The position numbers and the translations under genes were made by a program. Under the pieces are notes generated by a model. The model saw nothing but the letters and a program-made list of their open reading frames with translations, searched no databases and was not told where the DNA came from. Shown here piece by piece: positions 12,269-26,146 of a stretch of 64,000 nucleotides of DNA (its first letter is position 1; every line of letters begins with the position of its first letter). The stretch is from Eledone cirrhosa (lineage: Eukaryota). The DNA lies in assembly GCA_964016885.1 (NCBI GenBank), contig OZ024741.1, positions 401,264,001-401,328,000 of the forward strand, given 5' to 3'.

Positions 12269-14717
12269 TCTACTGACAATAAAACTGCATCTTCAATGTT
12301 ATCACTTTCTTTATATATTCTACTGACAATAAAACTACAACTTCAATGTTATCACTTTCTTTATATATTCTACTGACAATAAAACTACATCTTCAATGTT
12401 ATCACTTTCTTTATATATTCTACTGACAATAAAACTACATCTTCAATGTTATCACTTTCTTTATATATTCTACTGACAATAAAACTACAACTTCAATGTT
12501 ATCACTTTCTTTATATATTCTACTGACAATAAAACTACATCTTCAATGTTATCACTTTCTTTATATATTCTACTGACAATAAAACTGCATCTTCAATGTT
12601 ATCACTTTCTTTATATATTCTACTGACAATAAAACTACATCTTCTATGTTATCACTTTCTTTATATATTCTACTGACAATAAAACTACATCTTCAATGTT
12701 ATCACTTTCTTTATATATTCTACTGACAATAAAACTACATCTTCAATGTTATCACTTTCTTTATATATTCTACTGACAATAAAACTGCATCTTCAATGTT
12801 ATCACTTTCTTTATATATTCTACTGACAATAAAACTACATCTTCAATGTTATCACTTTCTTTATATATTCTACTGACAATAAAACTACATCTTCAATGTT
12901 ATCACTTTCTTTATATATTCTACTGACAATAAAACTACATCTTCAATGTTATCACTTTCTTTATATATTCTACTGACAATAAAACTACATCTTCAATGTT
13001 ATCACTTTCTTTATATATTCTACTGACAATAAAACTACAACTTCAATGTTATCACTTTCTTTATATATTCTACTGACAATAAAATTACATCTTCAATGTT
13101 ATCACTTTCTTTATATATTCTACTGACAATAAAATTACATCTTCAATGTTATCACTTTCTTTATATATTCTACTGACAATAAAACTATATCTTCAATGTT
13201 ATCACTTTCTTTATATATTCTACTGACAATAAAACTACATCTTCAATGTTATCACTTTCTTTATATATTCTACTGACAATAAAACTACATCTTCAATGTT
13301 ATCACTTTCTTTATATATTCTACTGACAATAAAACTACATCTTCAATGTTATCACTTTCTTTATATATTCTACTGACAATAAAACTACAACTTCAATGTT
13401 ATCACTTTCTTTATATATTCTACTGACAATAAAATTACATCTTCAATGTTATCACTTTCTTTATATATTCTACTGACAATAAAATTACATCTTCAATGTT
13501 ATCACTTTCTTTATATATTCTACTGACAATAAAACTACATCTTCAATGTTATCACTTTCTTTATATATTCTACTGACAATAAAACTACAACTTCAATGTT
13601 ATCACTTTCTTTATATATTCTACTGACAATAAAATTACATCTTCAATGTTATCACTTTCTTTATATATTCTACTGACAATAAAATTACATCTTCAATGTT
13701 ATCACTTTCTTTATATATTCTACTGACAATAAAACTACATCTTCAATGTTATCACTTTCTTTATATATTCTACTGACAATAAAACTACATCTTCAATGTT
13801 ATCACTTTCTTTATATATTCTACTGACAATAAAACTACATCTTCAATGTTATCACTTTCTTTATATATTCTACTGACAATAAAACTACATCTTCAATGTT
13901 ATCACTTTCTTTATATATTCTACTGACAATAAAACTACAACTTCAATGTTATCACTTTCTTTATATATTCTACTGACAATAAAATTACATCTTCAATGTT
14001 ATCACTTTCTTTATATATTCTACTGACAATAAAATTACATCTTCAATGTTATCACTTTCTTTATATATTCTACTGACAATAAAACTACATCTTCAATGTT
14101 ATCACTTTCTTTATATATTCTACTGACAATAAAACTACAACTTCAATGTTATCACTTTCTTTATATATTCTACTGACAATAAAATTACATCTTCAATGTT
14201 ATCACTTTCTTTATATATTCTACTGACAATAAAATTACATCTTCAATGTTATCACTTTCTTTATATATTCTACTGACAATAAAACTGCATCTTCAATGTT
14301 ATCACTTTCTTTATATATTCTACTGACAATAAAATTACATCTTCAATGTTATCACTTTCTTTATATATTTTACTGACAATAAAACTGCATCTTCAATGTT
14401 ATCACTTTCTTTATATATTCTACTGACAATAAAACTGCATTTTCAATGTTATCACTTTCTTTATATATTCTACTGACAATAAAACTGCATTTTCAATGTT
14501 ATCACTTTCTTTATATATTCTACTGACAATAAAACTACAACTTCAATGTTATCACTTTCTTTATATATTCTACTGACAATAAAATTACATCTTCAATGTT
14601 ATCACTTTCTTTATATATTTTACTGACAATAAAACTGCATTTTCAATGTTATCACTTTCTTTATATATTCTACTGACAATAAAACTGCATTTTCAATGTT
14701 ATCACTTTCTTTATATA

Positions 14718-16175
14718 ACTCCTATACGCAGATGATCTAACGCTCATAGCTGAATCAATGACCGAACTAGAGAAGAAATTCCAAACGTGGAAGCACGGCC
14801 TAGAATCAAAAGGCCTTAAAATTAACCTGGCTAAGACTAAAGTTCTAGTTTGTAGGAAAGAAAATAAGGCGGCGGTCCCATCGGGGAAATGGCCATGCTC
14901 AGTGTGTAGGAAAGGCGTAGGTAGAAACTCCATTTTATGTCCCAAATGCAAAGTATGGGTGCATAAAAGATGTAGTGGGATCACAGGTAAGCTAACTAAG
15001 AACATAGATTTTACATGTGGCCGGTGCTCTGGTGCAATAAGTAGCAGCACGTGCCCACAAAATACTAGCTCCTTCAACTGCGCAGAGGGTTCTATAGAAA
15101 TAGTGGACAGCTTCCGTTATCTGGGTGACAAAATCAGCAGTGGGGGAGGGTGCTCTGAAAGTACAGTAGCTAGAGTCAGAACTGGATGGAAAAAGTTCAG
15201 AGAGCTTATACCACTATTAGCCGCTAGAGGGTTCTCCCTAAAAATGAAAGGCAGGTTATACGATGCCTGCATACGAACAGCAATGCTGCATGGCAGTGAG
15301 ACCTGGGCATTGTGTGCAGAGGATATACGCAGACTAGAGAGGAACGAAGCTTGCATGCTCCGCTGGATGTGCAATAGTAATATACGTGAACGGCAAAGCA
15401 TAAACGAACTAAGGAAAAAATTAGAAATAAGAGGGATCAGATGTTGTTTACTCGAGAGAAGGCTACGTTGGTATGGTCACGTGATGCGCATGAAAGACGA
15501 CAGCTGTATAACAAAGTGCAGGGCAATAAAGATAGACGGTAGCCACGGAGTAGGCAGACCCAGAAAAACATGGGACGAGCTGATAAATTCCGACCTCACA
15601 CGCTTACACCTCTCCAAGACAATGTCACTGGACCGAGACCTTTGGCGGTACTCAGTAATAGAGAAGACCCGCCTTACCTAAATACAAAGTAAAAACCTAC
15701 TACAGTCAGTAGGCACCTCTATCAAAACACACCCCCGTCCCTCCACACCGCCCCTTTCAATGTAAAGTTATGTTGGTCCCACAACATCCAGGCCGAAACA
15801 AATGAGATCGTGTAGGTGTCACAACAAAAAACACACAGTCCACGCTGTAAATGTGGCCGTGTAGGCAACACGGTAAAAACCTCCCAGCCCCACACTGTAA
15901 ATGTGGTTGGTGTTAGGAAGGGCATCCAGCTGTAGAAAACCCGCCAGACAGTCCACGCTGTAATGTGGCCGTGTAGGCAACACGGTAAAAACCTCCCAGC
16001 CCCACACTGTAAATGTGGTTGGTGTTAGGAAGGGCATCCAACTGTAGAAAACCCGCCAGACAGTCCTATGCGAGCAAGACAACCACTCTTGCCTCAAGTG
16101 GGAAAACCCCCGTCCAAACCCATGCAAGCGTGGAACACGGACGCTAAACCTGATGATGATGATGATGATGATGAT
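14718..16175 (+). mobile_element. 5'-truncated RTE-type LINE, copy 2 (duplicate of copy 1)
   Basis: Identical translation, truncation point and tail, offset by 3907 bp. Confidence 0.92.
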
Positions 16176-18338
16176 TCTACTGACAATAAAACTGCATCTT
16201 CAATGTTATCACTTTCTTTATATATTCTACTGACAATAAAACTACAACTTCAATGTTATCACTTTCTTTATATATTCTACTGACAATAAAACTACATCTT
16301 CAATGTTATCACTTTCTTTATATATTCTACTGACAATAAAACTACATCTTCAATGTTATCACTTTCTTTATATATTCTACTGACAATAAAACTACAACTT
16401 CAATGTTATCACTTTCTTTATATATTCTACTGACAATAAAACTACATCTTCAATGTTATCACTTTCTTTATATATTCTACTGACAATAAAACTGCATCTT
16501 CAATGTTATCACTTTCTTTATATATTCTACTGACAATAAAACTACATCTTCTATGTTATCACTTTCTTTATATATTCTACTGACAATAAAACTACATCTT
16601 CAATGTTATCACTTTCTTTATATATTCTACTGACAATAAAACTACATCTTCAATGTTATCACTTTCTTTATATATTCTACTGACAATAAAACTGCATCTT
16701 CAATGTTATCACTTTCTTTATATATTCTACTGACAATAAAACTACATCTTCAATGTTATCACTTTCTTTATATATTCTACTGACAATAAAACTACATCTT
16801 CAATGTTATCACTTTCTTTATATATTCTACTGACAATAAAACTACATCTTCAATGTTATCACTTTCTTTATATATTCTACTGACAATAAAACTACATCTT
16901 CAATGTTATCACTTTCTTTATATATTCTACTGACAATAAAACTACAACTTCAATGTTATCACTTTCTTTATATATTCTACTGACAATAAAATTACATCTT
17001 CAATGTTATCACTTTCTTTATATATTCTACTGACAATAAAATTACATCTTCAATGTTATCACTTTCTTTATATATTCTACTGACAATAAAACTATATCTT
17101 CAATGTTATCACTTTCTTTATATATTCTACTGACAATAAAACTACATCTTCAATGTTATCACTTTCTTTATATATTCTACTGACAATAAAACTACATCTT
17201 CAATGTTATCACTTTCTTTATATATTCTACTGACAATAAAACTACATCTTCAATGTTATCACTTTCTTTATATATTCTACTGACAATAAAACTACAACTT
17301 CAATGTTATCACTTTCTTTATATATTCTACTGACAATAAAATTACATCTTCAATGTTATCACTTTCTTTATATATTCTACTGACAATAAAATTACATCTT
17401 CAATGTTATCACTTTCTTTATATATTCTACTGACAATAAAACTACATCTTCAATGTTATCACTTTCTTTATATATTCTACTGACAATAAAACTACAACTT
17501 CAATGTTATCACTTTCTTTATATATTCTACTGACAATAAAATTACATCTTCAATGTTATCACTTTCTTTATATATTCTACTGACAATAAAATTACATCTT
17601 CAATGTTATCACTTTCTTTATATATTCTACTGACAATAAAACTACATCTTCAATGTTATCACTTTCTTTATATATTCTACTGACAATAAAACTACATCTT
17701 CAATGTTATCACTTTCTTTATATATTCTACTGACAATAAAACTACATCTTCAATGTTATCACTTTCTTTATATATTCTACTGACAATAAAACTACATCTT
17801 CAATGTTATCACTTTCTTTATATATTCTACTGACAATAAAACTACAACTTCAATGTTATCACTTTCTTTATATATTCTACTGACAATAAAATTACATCTT
17901 CAATGTTATCACTTTCTTTATATATTCTACTGACAATAAAATTACATCTTCAATGTTATCACTTTCTTTATATATTCTACTGACAATAAAACTACATCTT
18001 CAATGTTATCACTTTCTTTATATATTCTACTGACAATAAAACTACAACTTCAATGTTATCACTTTCTTTATATATTCTACTGACAATAAAATTACATCTT
18101 CAATGTTATCACTTTCTTTATATATTCTACTGACAATAAAATTACATCTTCAATGTTATCACTTTCTTTATATATTCTACTGACAATAAAACTACATCTT
18201 CAATGTTATCACTTTCTTTATATATTCTACTGACAATAAAACTACATCTTCAATGTTATCACTTTCTTTATATATTCTACTGACAATAAAACTGCATTTT
18301 CAATGTTATCACTTTCTTTATATATTTTCTCCAATCAG

Positions 18339-18400
18339 AACTGCTGAAAAGATACAACAAGGGTGTTGTTATGGATATAAAGATACCTACTGTGACAAAG
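18339..18400 (+). CDS. Host gene exon 3 (EMI-like C-terminal CC-x-GY motif)
   Basis: ttttctccaatcag| acceptor, KTAEKIQQGCCYGYKDTYCDK, G|gtgagt donor; phase 2 to 1, compatible with both neighbours. Confidence 0.85.
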
Positions 18401-18852
18401 GTGAGTTATTACAGTTTTATTATTTTTTCCTCTTTTATTTCACTTTCATAGTCTTTATCTTCTAGTGTGTGTGACATTTTAACCTCCTACAATAGCTTGG
18501 CTGGTCACACTTGGGGATCTAACTGGATCGATTGGAGATGGTTGTTTCTGACATGACCTCCTGTTTGAGGACTCTGACCCCCATGACTTCCCAGCAATAA
18601 ATAAAGAAGAAGAAGAAGAAGAAGGAGGAGGAGGAGGAGGAGGAGAAGAAGAAGAAGAGTGTGCTGTATAACTAATAATCAATTACTGGTATTCATGGTT
18701 CAATACTTTAAAAATCCTAAAAACAAAACAAAAGAAAGACAGAAACAAACAAAAAAAGCAATAAGACATTTTTCTTACATTTCATTCTCCATTATTTTAG
18801 AGCTGATTATTGTTTTTAAGTTAAGGACCAAAACATTCGCTTAAGAGGGGTG

Positions 18853-19062
18853 CTTCTCTGAAGACTTTCTGCTGTCCAGCTCTCCTGAGTCTCTTCTCTG
18901 AAGACTTTCTGCTGTCCAGCTCTCCTGAGAGTTTCTTCTCTGAAGACCTTCTGCTGTCCAGCTCTCCTGAGAGTTTCTTCTCTGAAGACCTTCTGCTGTC
19001 CAGCTCTCCTGAGAGTTTCTTCTCTGAAGACCTTCTGCTGTCCAGCTCTCCTGAGAGTTTCT
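18853..19062. repeat. 42-bp minisatellite, about 5 copies
   Basis: ttctctgaagaccttctgctgtccagctctcctgagagtttc repeated. Confidence 0.9.
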
Positions 19063-19340
19063 TACCACTATTAACTGTCAGAAAAGTTTTTTTTAGAAAT
19101 AAATTTTGTGTAAAATATTTTCAAAATTTAGAAATATTTTATTTATAAATGGAGTGTGATGTTGACTATAGCATCAACATCACACACCCTTTTTTTCCGG
19201 GGGGGAGTTCCTAAGCTCAAAATATGAAATATAAGGAAAAACTGTAAACTGTTTTTGTTTTTTTACTTTTCTCTACCTTTCACTCTTTTATTTCTAATTT
19301 ACATTGTATTGACCTTTCGAAAACAGTAAAACCTCTTTAA

Positions 19341-19572
19341 CCCTTTAATGACCACATGTCTAATGAAATACCCTCTATTTCAATTAGTTAATGAAGAATT
19401 TTGAGAGATTTACTAAAATTATTAATTATGTCATTACTAAGACAGCAACTTAATGTAAGGTTCTTATATAAAATTATGTTGGAAGATTTTAATTTAAATT
19501 GGAAACCTTTAAAATTGGTGATTTTATTTCATAGAATTAGAGCCAGATTTGACCAGGTTGGTAACTAAAGGA
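19341..19572. mobile_element. piggyBac-like MITE
   Basis: TTAA-ccctttaatgacc ... ggtaactaaagga-TTAA: imperfect 13-bp TIR and TTAA target site duplication (TSD). Confidence 0.6.
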
Positions 19573-19606
19573 TTAAATAAATTTCAATTTATTTTATATT
19601 TTATAG

Positions 19607-19711
19607 CTATCTGTGATCCACCATGTGAAAATTTTGGTCTATGTATTGCTCCGAACTTCTGTTCCTGCTTATATGGTTATGTTGGCTACAGATGTACAGA
19701 CAAAATTTCTG
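19607..19711 (+). CDS. Host gene exon 4 (EGF-like domain)
   Basis: ttttatag| AICDPPCENFGLCIAPNFCSCLYGYVGYRCTDKIS G|gtaag; 6-Cys EGF pattern, phase 1-1. Confidence 0.9.
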
Positions 19712-19982
19712 GTAAGATAACAGTTACTTATTTGAATTAGTCTTACAACAGTTGTTATGGGATAGTAAGATAACAATTGACAAGATAACAAACCTCATTC
19801 ACTAACCCAGTGGGGTGGAACATGTCAAATTGGTCCATTGGTCTTTCCATTGCTGATACAATATTAGAAATTGTTAGTTGTCCCAGAAAAAATTCTAATC
19901 TAAAGACAAATCATATCATCCAACTGTTATATTTTCTCTCCAATTTGCTGTCTTCTCTCTCATATATAAATATTATTATTTA

Positions 19983-20335
19983 AGGGCAGTGAATTGGCAG
20001 TATCGGTAGAGGGTCGGACGCCATGCTTTCTAGGATAGTTACGTCCTTTTACGGTCTGAGTTCAAATCCTGTTGAAGTTAATTTTGCCTTTAATTCTTAC
20101 GGGGTCGATAAAATAAAGTACCAGTCATGCACTGGGTCAAGTTAATCGACTTCCCCCCCCCCCAAATTACTGGCCTTGTGCCTAAATCAGAAACCATTAT
20201 TATATTATTCTTGTCATTCTGAGTTCAAATCCCGCCGAGGTTAACTTTGCCTTTCATCCTTACGGGGTCGATAAAATAAAGTACCAGTAATGTACTGGGT
20301 AATTGCTGGCCTCGTGCTAAAAGTAGAAACAAATA
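19983..20335 (+). mobile_element. Two tandem tRNA-derived SINEs
   Basis: tggcagtatcggtaga box A-like, gagttcaaatcc box B-like, conserved core, agaaac tail. Confidence 0.75.
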
Positions 20336-21104
20336 TCTGGTGAATAATGATCTATTTATATATGTGTGTGTGTGTCATACATAAATAGATTTGTCACCAA
20401 TATACATAACACCTCAATGAAAAAAGATCGCTAAAACATATCACATTCAGAGAAAGCAAATATATAGAGAATATCTTATAAAAATCACTGAGGAGTAGAT
20501 CCCAATAAAGCACTCTAAAATCAGAACACGTCACAAGCACCTTTCTCAAGGGGTAGAGTCTTAGTTAAGTAACTTAAAGCTATTGCTGATTTTGTATATG
20601 TTTATTTATCTATATACTATTAAAACTCTGTGATTGTGTATTTGTCTGTACTTTAATACAGCCAAAACGATGCATAATGGGAAAATACTTTCAAAGGAAG
20701 TTGTCCCTGAAATGGGAATACAAATGGAATAAAACAAGTTTTACGTAAATCAGAGCACAGGTTCCCGAGATACGGGGTTCTTCCGGGTACCTTCATAAAT
20801 AGAGAGAAAGAGATAGTGTTTGTGGAAGAGTAGATTGAAAGAGAGACATAGAGAGAAGGAAAACGGGAGAGAGAGAGAGAGCTGGTGGTGTTGTTGAATG
20901 AAATTATAACAGGTGACTTCAAAGAATCGAATTACTGTATCTAGCTCGAATTTGGTGACTGAATATTAAGTCATATGTATCATATAACTTGTGTTAGGGC
21001 AAGATGTGTGTAGCGAATATTCCCTGCTAAATAGGAAGGGTTTCTAAGTGTGTGTGTATATCTCTGTGTGTGTATACATATATATATGTGTGTGTATATT
21101 ATAT

Positions 21105-21409
21105 AAAACAAAGAGAGTGTGGTAAGATACCAGGTGGACCATAACGCACCAGAGTACTCAATACTTAGGGTAGTGGGTAATAGGAAAAGAGTCAGGACGC
21201 CGACGGCTGAGCTCCGGTCGGAGGTTAAGAATCGAAGGTAAAGAGCACCTCATGTCTGTAGGGCGAGTTTGAATATAATTATTAAGGCCAGTTACTACAC
21301 CTACCAGGTACGTATGTTTTGGGGCACTTTTTTTCATGTTACTCCCCGTTTGGGTTTTTAGAGGTTGGCAGGTCTGGTATGTGCGTGTGTGTATTTATAG
21401 ATATGAATG

Positions 21410-21456
<47 letters not shown>

Positions 21457-21612
21457 CCGGCCGTTTCGACAGCTAGATCTAGCTGTCGAAACTGCCGGAG
21501 CTCAGCCGTCGTGGTCCTGACTCTTTTCCTATTACCCACTCTACTACTCTAAGTATCGAATACTCTGGTACGTTATGTTCCACCTGGTTCCTTACCACAC
21601 TTTTTTTGTTAT
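21105..21612. mobile_element. Fold-back PLE-end-like mini-element
   Basis: About 105-bp inverted arms, 21110-21215 versus 21497-21610; internal palindrome gtttcgacagctagatctagctgtcgaaac; related stubs at 35040, 58100 and 58298. Confidence 0.65.
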
Positions 21613-21654
21613 ATATATATATATATATATATAATATGTGTGTGTATATATATA

Positions 21655-21795
21655 TAATTGTCTCTACTTTTGGCACAAGGTCAGCAATTACTCAGTGCAT
21701 TACTGGTACTTTATTTGAACTCAGACCATAAAGGGACGTAACTATGCTAGAAAGCATGGCGTCCAACCCTCTACCGATACTGCCATTTCACCAAT
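21655..21795 (-). mobile_element. Internally deleted tRNA-SINE
   Basis: Homologous to 30447-30635 but lacking the central core. Confidence 0.65.
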
Positions 21796-21871
21796 AATAA
21801 ATCCAACTTGTATATGAACGATATAAGTATTACTAAGAATATATTGCTAAATGTGCTTCTTTCCAATGTAG

Positions 21872-22033
21872 ATGCGTCTCGTACAGAATATTACTGCTAT
21901 AGAAATACTGAATGTGATGGAGTGAAGCCAGAAACGGCAGGAAATGGTGTCATGTCTAAAGAGGACTGTTGTGCTAAACACAAAGGTGGTAGTTGGGGGC
22001 TACCTAATTATCAATGTTCAGAATGTTGGGGAG
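21872..22033 (+). CDS. Host gene exon 5 (TB / follistatin-N-like cysteine module)
   Basis: ctttccaatgtag| DASRTEYYCYRNTECDG...SKEDCCAKHKGGSWGLPNYQCSECWG G|gtaagt; CC...SWG...CxxC pattern, phase 1-1. Confidence 0.85.
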
Positions 22034-22035
22034 GT

Positions 22036-22390
22036 AAGTCTTCTTATTCTTCTTCTTCTTTGTCGTCGTCGAATTTGTTATCGTCTTCTTCTCTCTCTCT
22101 CACGAATGAGAGAGTGCGAGATGAGGTCATGGTGGCAGAGTCCTCAAACGCTCCTTCCAGCGGGTCTTGTTAAAAGGAAACCAACATCTCTAATTGATCT
22201 GGCTCGATCCTCAGGTGAGACCAGCCAAGCTCATGGATGTTATCCAACCATCTTGCTCGGGGTCTGTCCAGTGATTCTTTCCTGAGATATTCTAACCACA
22301 TGTCCGTAATAATGGAGCTGTGATCTCACAATTCGGAGAAGTAGCGGCTCTACTTGGAGTGACTCACTGATCTCTGAGCTACACACCTTT
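22036..22390 (-). mobile_element. Degraded RTE-like LINE 3' end with an (AAG)n tail
   Basis: Minus strand reads VEPLLLRIVRSQLHYYGHVVR; the simple-repeat tail abuts the exon 5 donor. Confidence 0.55.
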
Positions 22391-22419
22391 AATTAATCCT
22401 TTCCTTATTGTGATATTCA

Positions 22420-22625
22420 GCTCGGTAGAGTGTCGGACAACATATTTTATGTCATATATTTATGGCTCTTCACATTCTGACTTCAAATCCCACCGTGGTC
22501 ATCTTTCCGTTTCATCCTTTTATCCTTACTGGGTCGATAAAGTACCAGTAAAGTACTGGGGTCGATATATAATTGACTTTTCCCTCCCCAATGCTGTTGG
22601 CCTTGTTTCTAAATTAGAAACAAGT
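22420..22625 (+). mobile_element. tRNA-derived SINE
   Basis: Same head, core and tail motifs as 19983-20200. Confidence 0.65.
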
Positions 22626-22764
22626 ATTGCGATAATCTGACCCGATATTCTGACCTGTTTTTTTTAGACACTTTCATTATTGTTTTTCTACTCTAATGCC
22701 TCTTGAGGTTCAGATTATATTGCCTTCGATCAGTCAATAAGTTACCCTGGTTGGACCGATACAT

Positions 22765-22789
<25 letters not shown>

Positions 22790-22799
<10 letters not shown>

Positions 22800-23520
22800 T
22801 GTATATATAGTGTATTTTGCAATACACTGTATGCTTAATTAAAAGCATTTCGAAGACCTTACGCTATTGTTTTAGAGTAGTGACAGTCTCACTTACTTTA
22901 AATTTTCAGCAAACAGGGGGAGATAAAGCTGACAGAGGTTTGTTTCGGACTATTTGGTACTTATCAAAGCTAAGTACTCCACCTGTTTGCTGAAAATCAT
23001 GAATGTTTGATTCTTATAGAAATCTAGTAATAATCAGGAACTGATTATACAGGGCGGTTTCCGGTCAAGCAGAAATTGAAAATTAGAATTGGTGCTCTGA
23101 AATAGCAATATATATATGAATGTATATATAGTGTATTTTGCAATACACTGTATGATTAATTAAAATTATTTTGAAGACCTTATGCTATTGTTTTAGAGTA
23201 GTGACAGTCTCACTTACTTTAAATTTTAAGCAAACAGGGGGAGATAAAGCTGACAGAGCTCTGTTTCAAGAATCAAACATTCATGATTTTCAGCAAACAG
23301 GTGGAGTACTTAGCTTTGATAAGTACCAAATAGTACGAAACAGAGCTCTGTCAGCTTTATCTCCCCCTCTTTGCTGAAAACTGAAAGTGAGACTGTCACT
23401 ACTCTAAAACAATAGCGTAAGGTCTTCAAAATGCTTTTAATTAAGCATAAAGTGTATTGCAAAATACACTGTATATACATTCATATATATATCGCTATTT
23501 CAGAGCACCAATTCTAATTT
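22790..23520. mobile_element. Complex direct-plus-inverted duplicated element in a TA tract
   Basis: 22790-22945 repeats directly at 23110-23265; 22790-23010 is inverted at 23270-23492. Confidence 0.7.
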
Positions 23521-23629
23521 ATATATATATATATATATCAATTTATAGGTCCAACCAGGTTCACTTATTGACTGATCGATATATACATATATATATATAT
23601 TGTTATGTAATAAACAACATAAAACAATT

Positions 23630-23704
23630 ATTCCATTTACGAAAGGTTTCACGAAGACAGACGCGTTCGACACAGACATCTAAAATCGTTCGTCAGAATA
23701 AAAT
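23630..23704 (-). ncRNA. Minimal type I hammerhead ribozyme motif
   Basis: AUUUUAUU-CUGACGA-ACGA..UCGU-GAAA-C-cuuuc-G-UA-AAUGGAAU. Confidence 0.65.
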
Positions 23705-23732
23705 TGTATTTGAAGTGGATGAAGTGGATAAA

Positions 23733-23807
23733 ATTTCATTCTGATGAACGATTTCAGACGTCTGTGTCGAGTTCGTCTGTCTTCGTGAAACCTTTCGTAA
23801 ATGGAAT
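23733..23807 (+). ncRNA. Minimal type I hammerhead ribozyme motif
   Basis: Stem I AUUUCAUU/AAUGGAAU, CUGAUGA, stem II ACGA/UCGU extended by CAGACG/CGUCUG, GAAA, short stem III, GUA site. Confidence 0.75.
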
Positions 23808-24413
23808 AATTGTTTTATGTTGTTTATTACATAACTAAATACCTCTGTAGACTTAATATATATATATATATATATATATATTTCGTTATTTAATATATAT
23901 ATATATATATTTAATATATATATATATATATATATTTCGTTATTTGTTTTTATCGTCTCCGCTGAACCGGTGCGTACTCACACTCTATGCAAATTAGTCT
24001 GCCCACTACTAATTTTCATAGAAAAAGCATATAACGATATGTGCTTTTACAATTCTCCAGAAGGGCCGATAGATAGGTAAATATTGCTGATGAGTTGTAA
24101 CAACAACGAAACTAGTTCAATATTCCTTGTCTGGCTTTCTGGAGAATGGAGGGAAGGTGTTCCCCCGAAAACCAGTATGACTCTAAAAACCGGTTTGTCT
24201 GTGTGTTTACATACAGAATAGCTGGGTTGCTCACAGTAAAGCAACCAGTGAAAGACTTGTTACACCTACATATGTATACGTGTGTGTATCCATATACACA
24301 CTAGTATTTCAGTATGCATATGTAGATGTACATTTTTAACTTAATTGTTTAAGCGTCAGTCATACAAAAGTGAGTTACAAACGAAACGAAATTTAATTTC
24401 GTTTCGTTATTTG

Positions 24414-24520
<107 letters not shown>

Positions 24521-24816
24521 CTTATATATATATATGAAAATCGTAAAATAAGAAAATTAAAAATTAACTTACTTACTAAAATTTTCACTCCAACTAATTA
24601 GTTTCTGTAAGGGAACAAATATAGTTACGTAACGTAACTATAGAGAATTCCTGGAGTGAAAATTTTAGTAAGTTAATTTTTAATTTTCTTATTTTACGTC
24701 TTTCATATAATTGTTCTGCACCCCCCTGCATAGAACCACAAAGGTACTAAGACATAACATATATATTTGCTAGCATGGGTATACATCTGTATACATATGT
24801 TGGTAGATATACTAAT

Positions 24817-24850
<34 letters not shown>

Positions 24851-24887
24851 ATAACACTTAATATATATATATATATATATAAAACAC

Positions 24888-24930
<43 letters not shown>

Positions 24931-24977
24931 CTTAATATATATATATATATTAAGTGTTTTATATATATATATATATA

Positions 24978-25750
24978 TCATCATCATCATCATCGTTTAA
25001 CGTCCATATTCCACGCTTGCATGGGTTTGGACGGGAGTTTTCCCACTTGAGGCAAGAGTGGTTGTCTTGCTCGCATAGGACTGTCTGGCGGGTTTTCTAC
25101 GGCTGGATGCCTTTCCTAACACCAACCACGTTTACAGTGTGGACTGGGAGGTTTTTACCGTGTTACCTACACGGCCACATTACAGCGTGGACTGTGTGGT
25201 TTTTTTTTGTCGTGACACCTACACGACCTCATTTGTTTCGGGCTGGATGTTGTGGTACCAACATAACTTTACATTGAAAGGGGGTGGTGTGGATGGGGTG
25301 GGGGTAGTGGGACGGGGGTGTATTTTGTTAGAGGTGCCTACTGACTGTAGTAGGTTTCACTTTGTACTTAGGTAAGGCGGGTCTTCTCTATTACTGAGTA
25401 CCGCCAAAGATCTCGGTCCAGTGACATTGTCTTGGAGAGGTGTAAGTGTGTGAGGTCGGAATTTATGAAGTCGTCCCAGGTTTTTCTGGGTCTGCCTACT
25501 CCGTGGCTACCGTCTATTTTTATTGCCCTGCACTTTTTTTATACAGCTGTCATCTTTCATGCGCATCACGTGACCATACCAACGTAGCCTTCTCTCGAGT
25601 AAACAACATCTGATCCCTCTTATTTCTAATTTTTCCCTTAGTTCGTTTATGCTTTGCCGTTCACGTATATTACTATTACACATCCAGCGGAGCATGCAAG
25701 CTTCGTTCCTCTCCAGTCTGCGTATATCCTCTGCACACAATGCCCAGGCC
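24978..25750 (-). mobile_element. 5'-truncated RTE-type LINE, same family as 10811-12268
   Basis: Near-identical RT C-terminus with a frameshift; (GAT)n tail inserted in a TA tract. Confidence 0.9.
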
Positions 25751-25778
25751 TCATATATATATATATATATATATTAAG

Positions 25779-25886
<108 letters not shown>

Positions 25887-25948
25887 TAAATGTTTTATAT
25901 ATATATATATATATTAAATGTTTTATATATATATATATATTAAATGTT

Positions 25949-25989
<41 letters not shown>

Positions 25990-25990
25990 G

Positions 25991-26116
<126 letters not shown>

Positions 26117-26146
26117 TAAATGTTTTATATATATAAATATATATAT

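Larger units (their letters stand above)
10321..18325. repeat. 50-bp satellite array, about 100 copies in three blocks separated by two LINE copies
   Basis: Unit ttctactgacaataaaactacatcttcaatgttatcactttctttatata; blocks at 10321-10810, 12269-14717 and 16176-18325. Confidence 0.97.

Noticed and set aside
10321-18325. CRISPR-like array next to a reverse transcriptase
   Set aside because: Units are contiguous with no unique spacers; the RT is a truncated eukaryotic LINE; no cas genes.
19983-20075. tRNA gene
   Set aside because: Only box A/B-like motifs of a SINE head; no cloverleaf.
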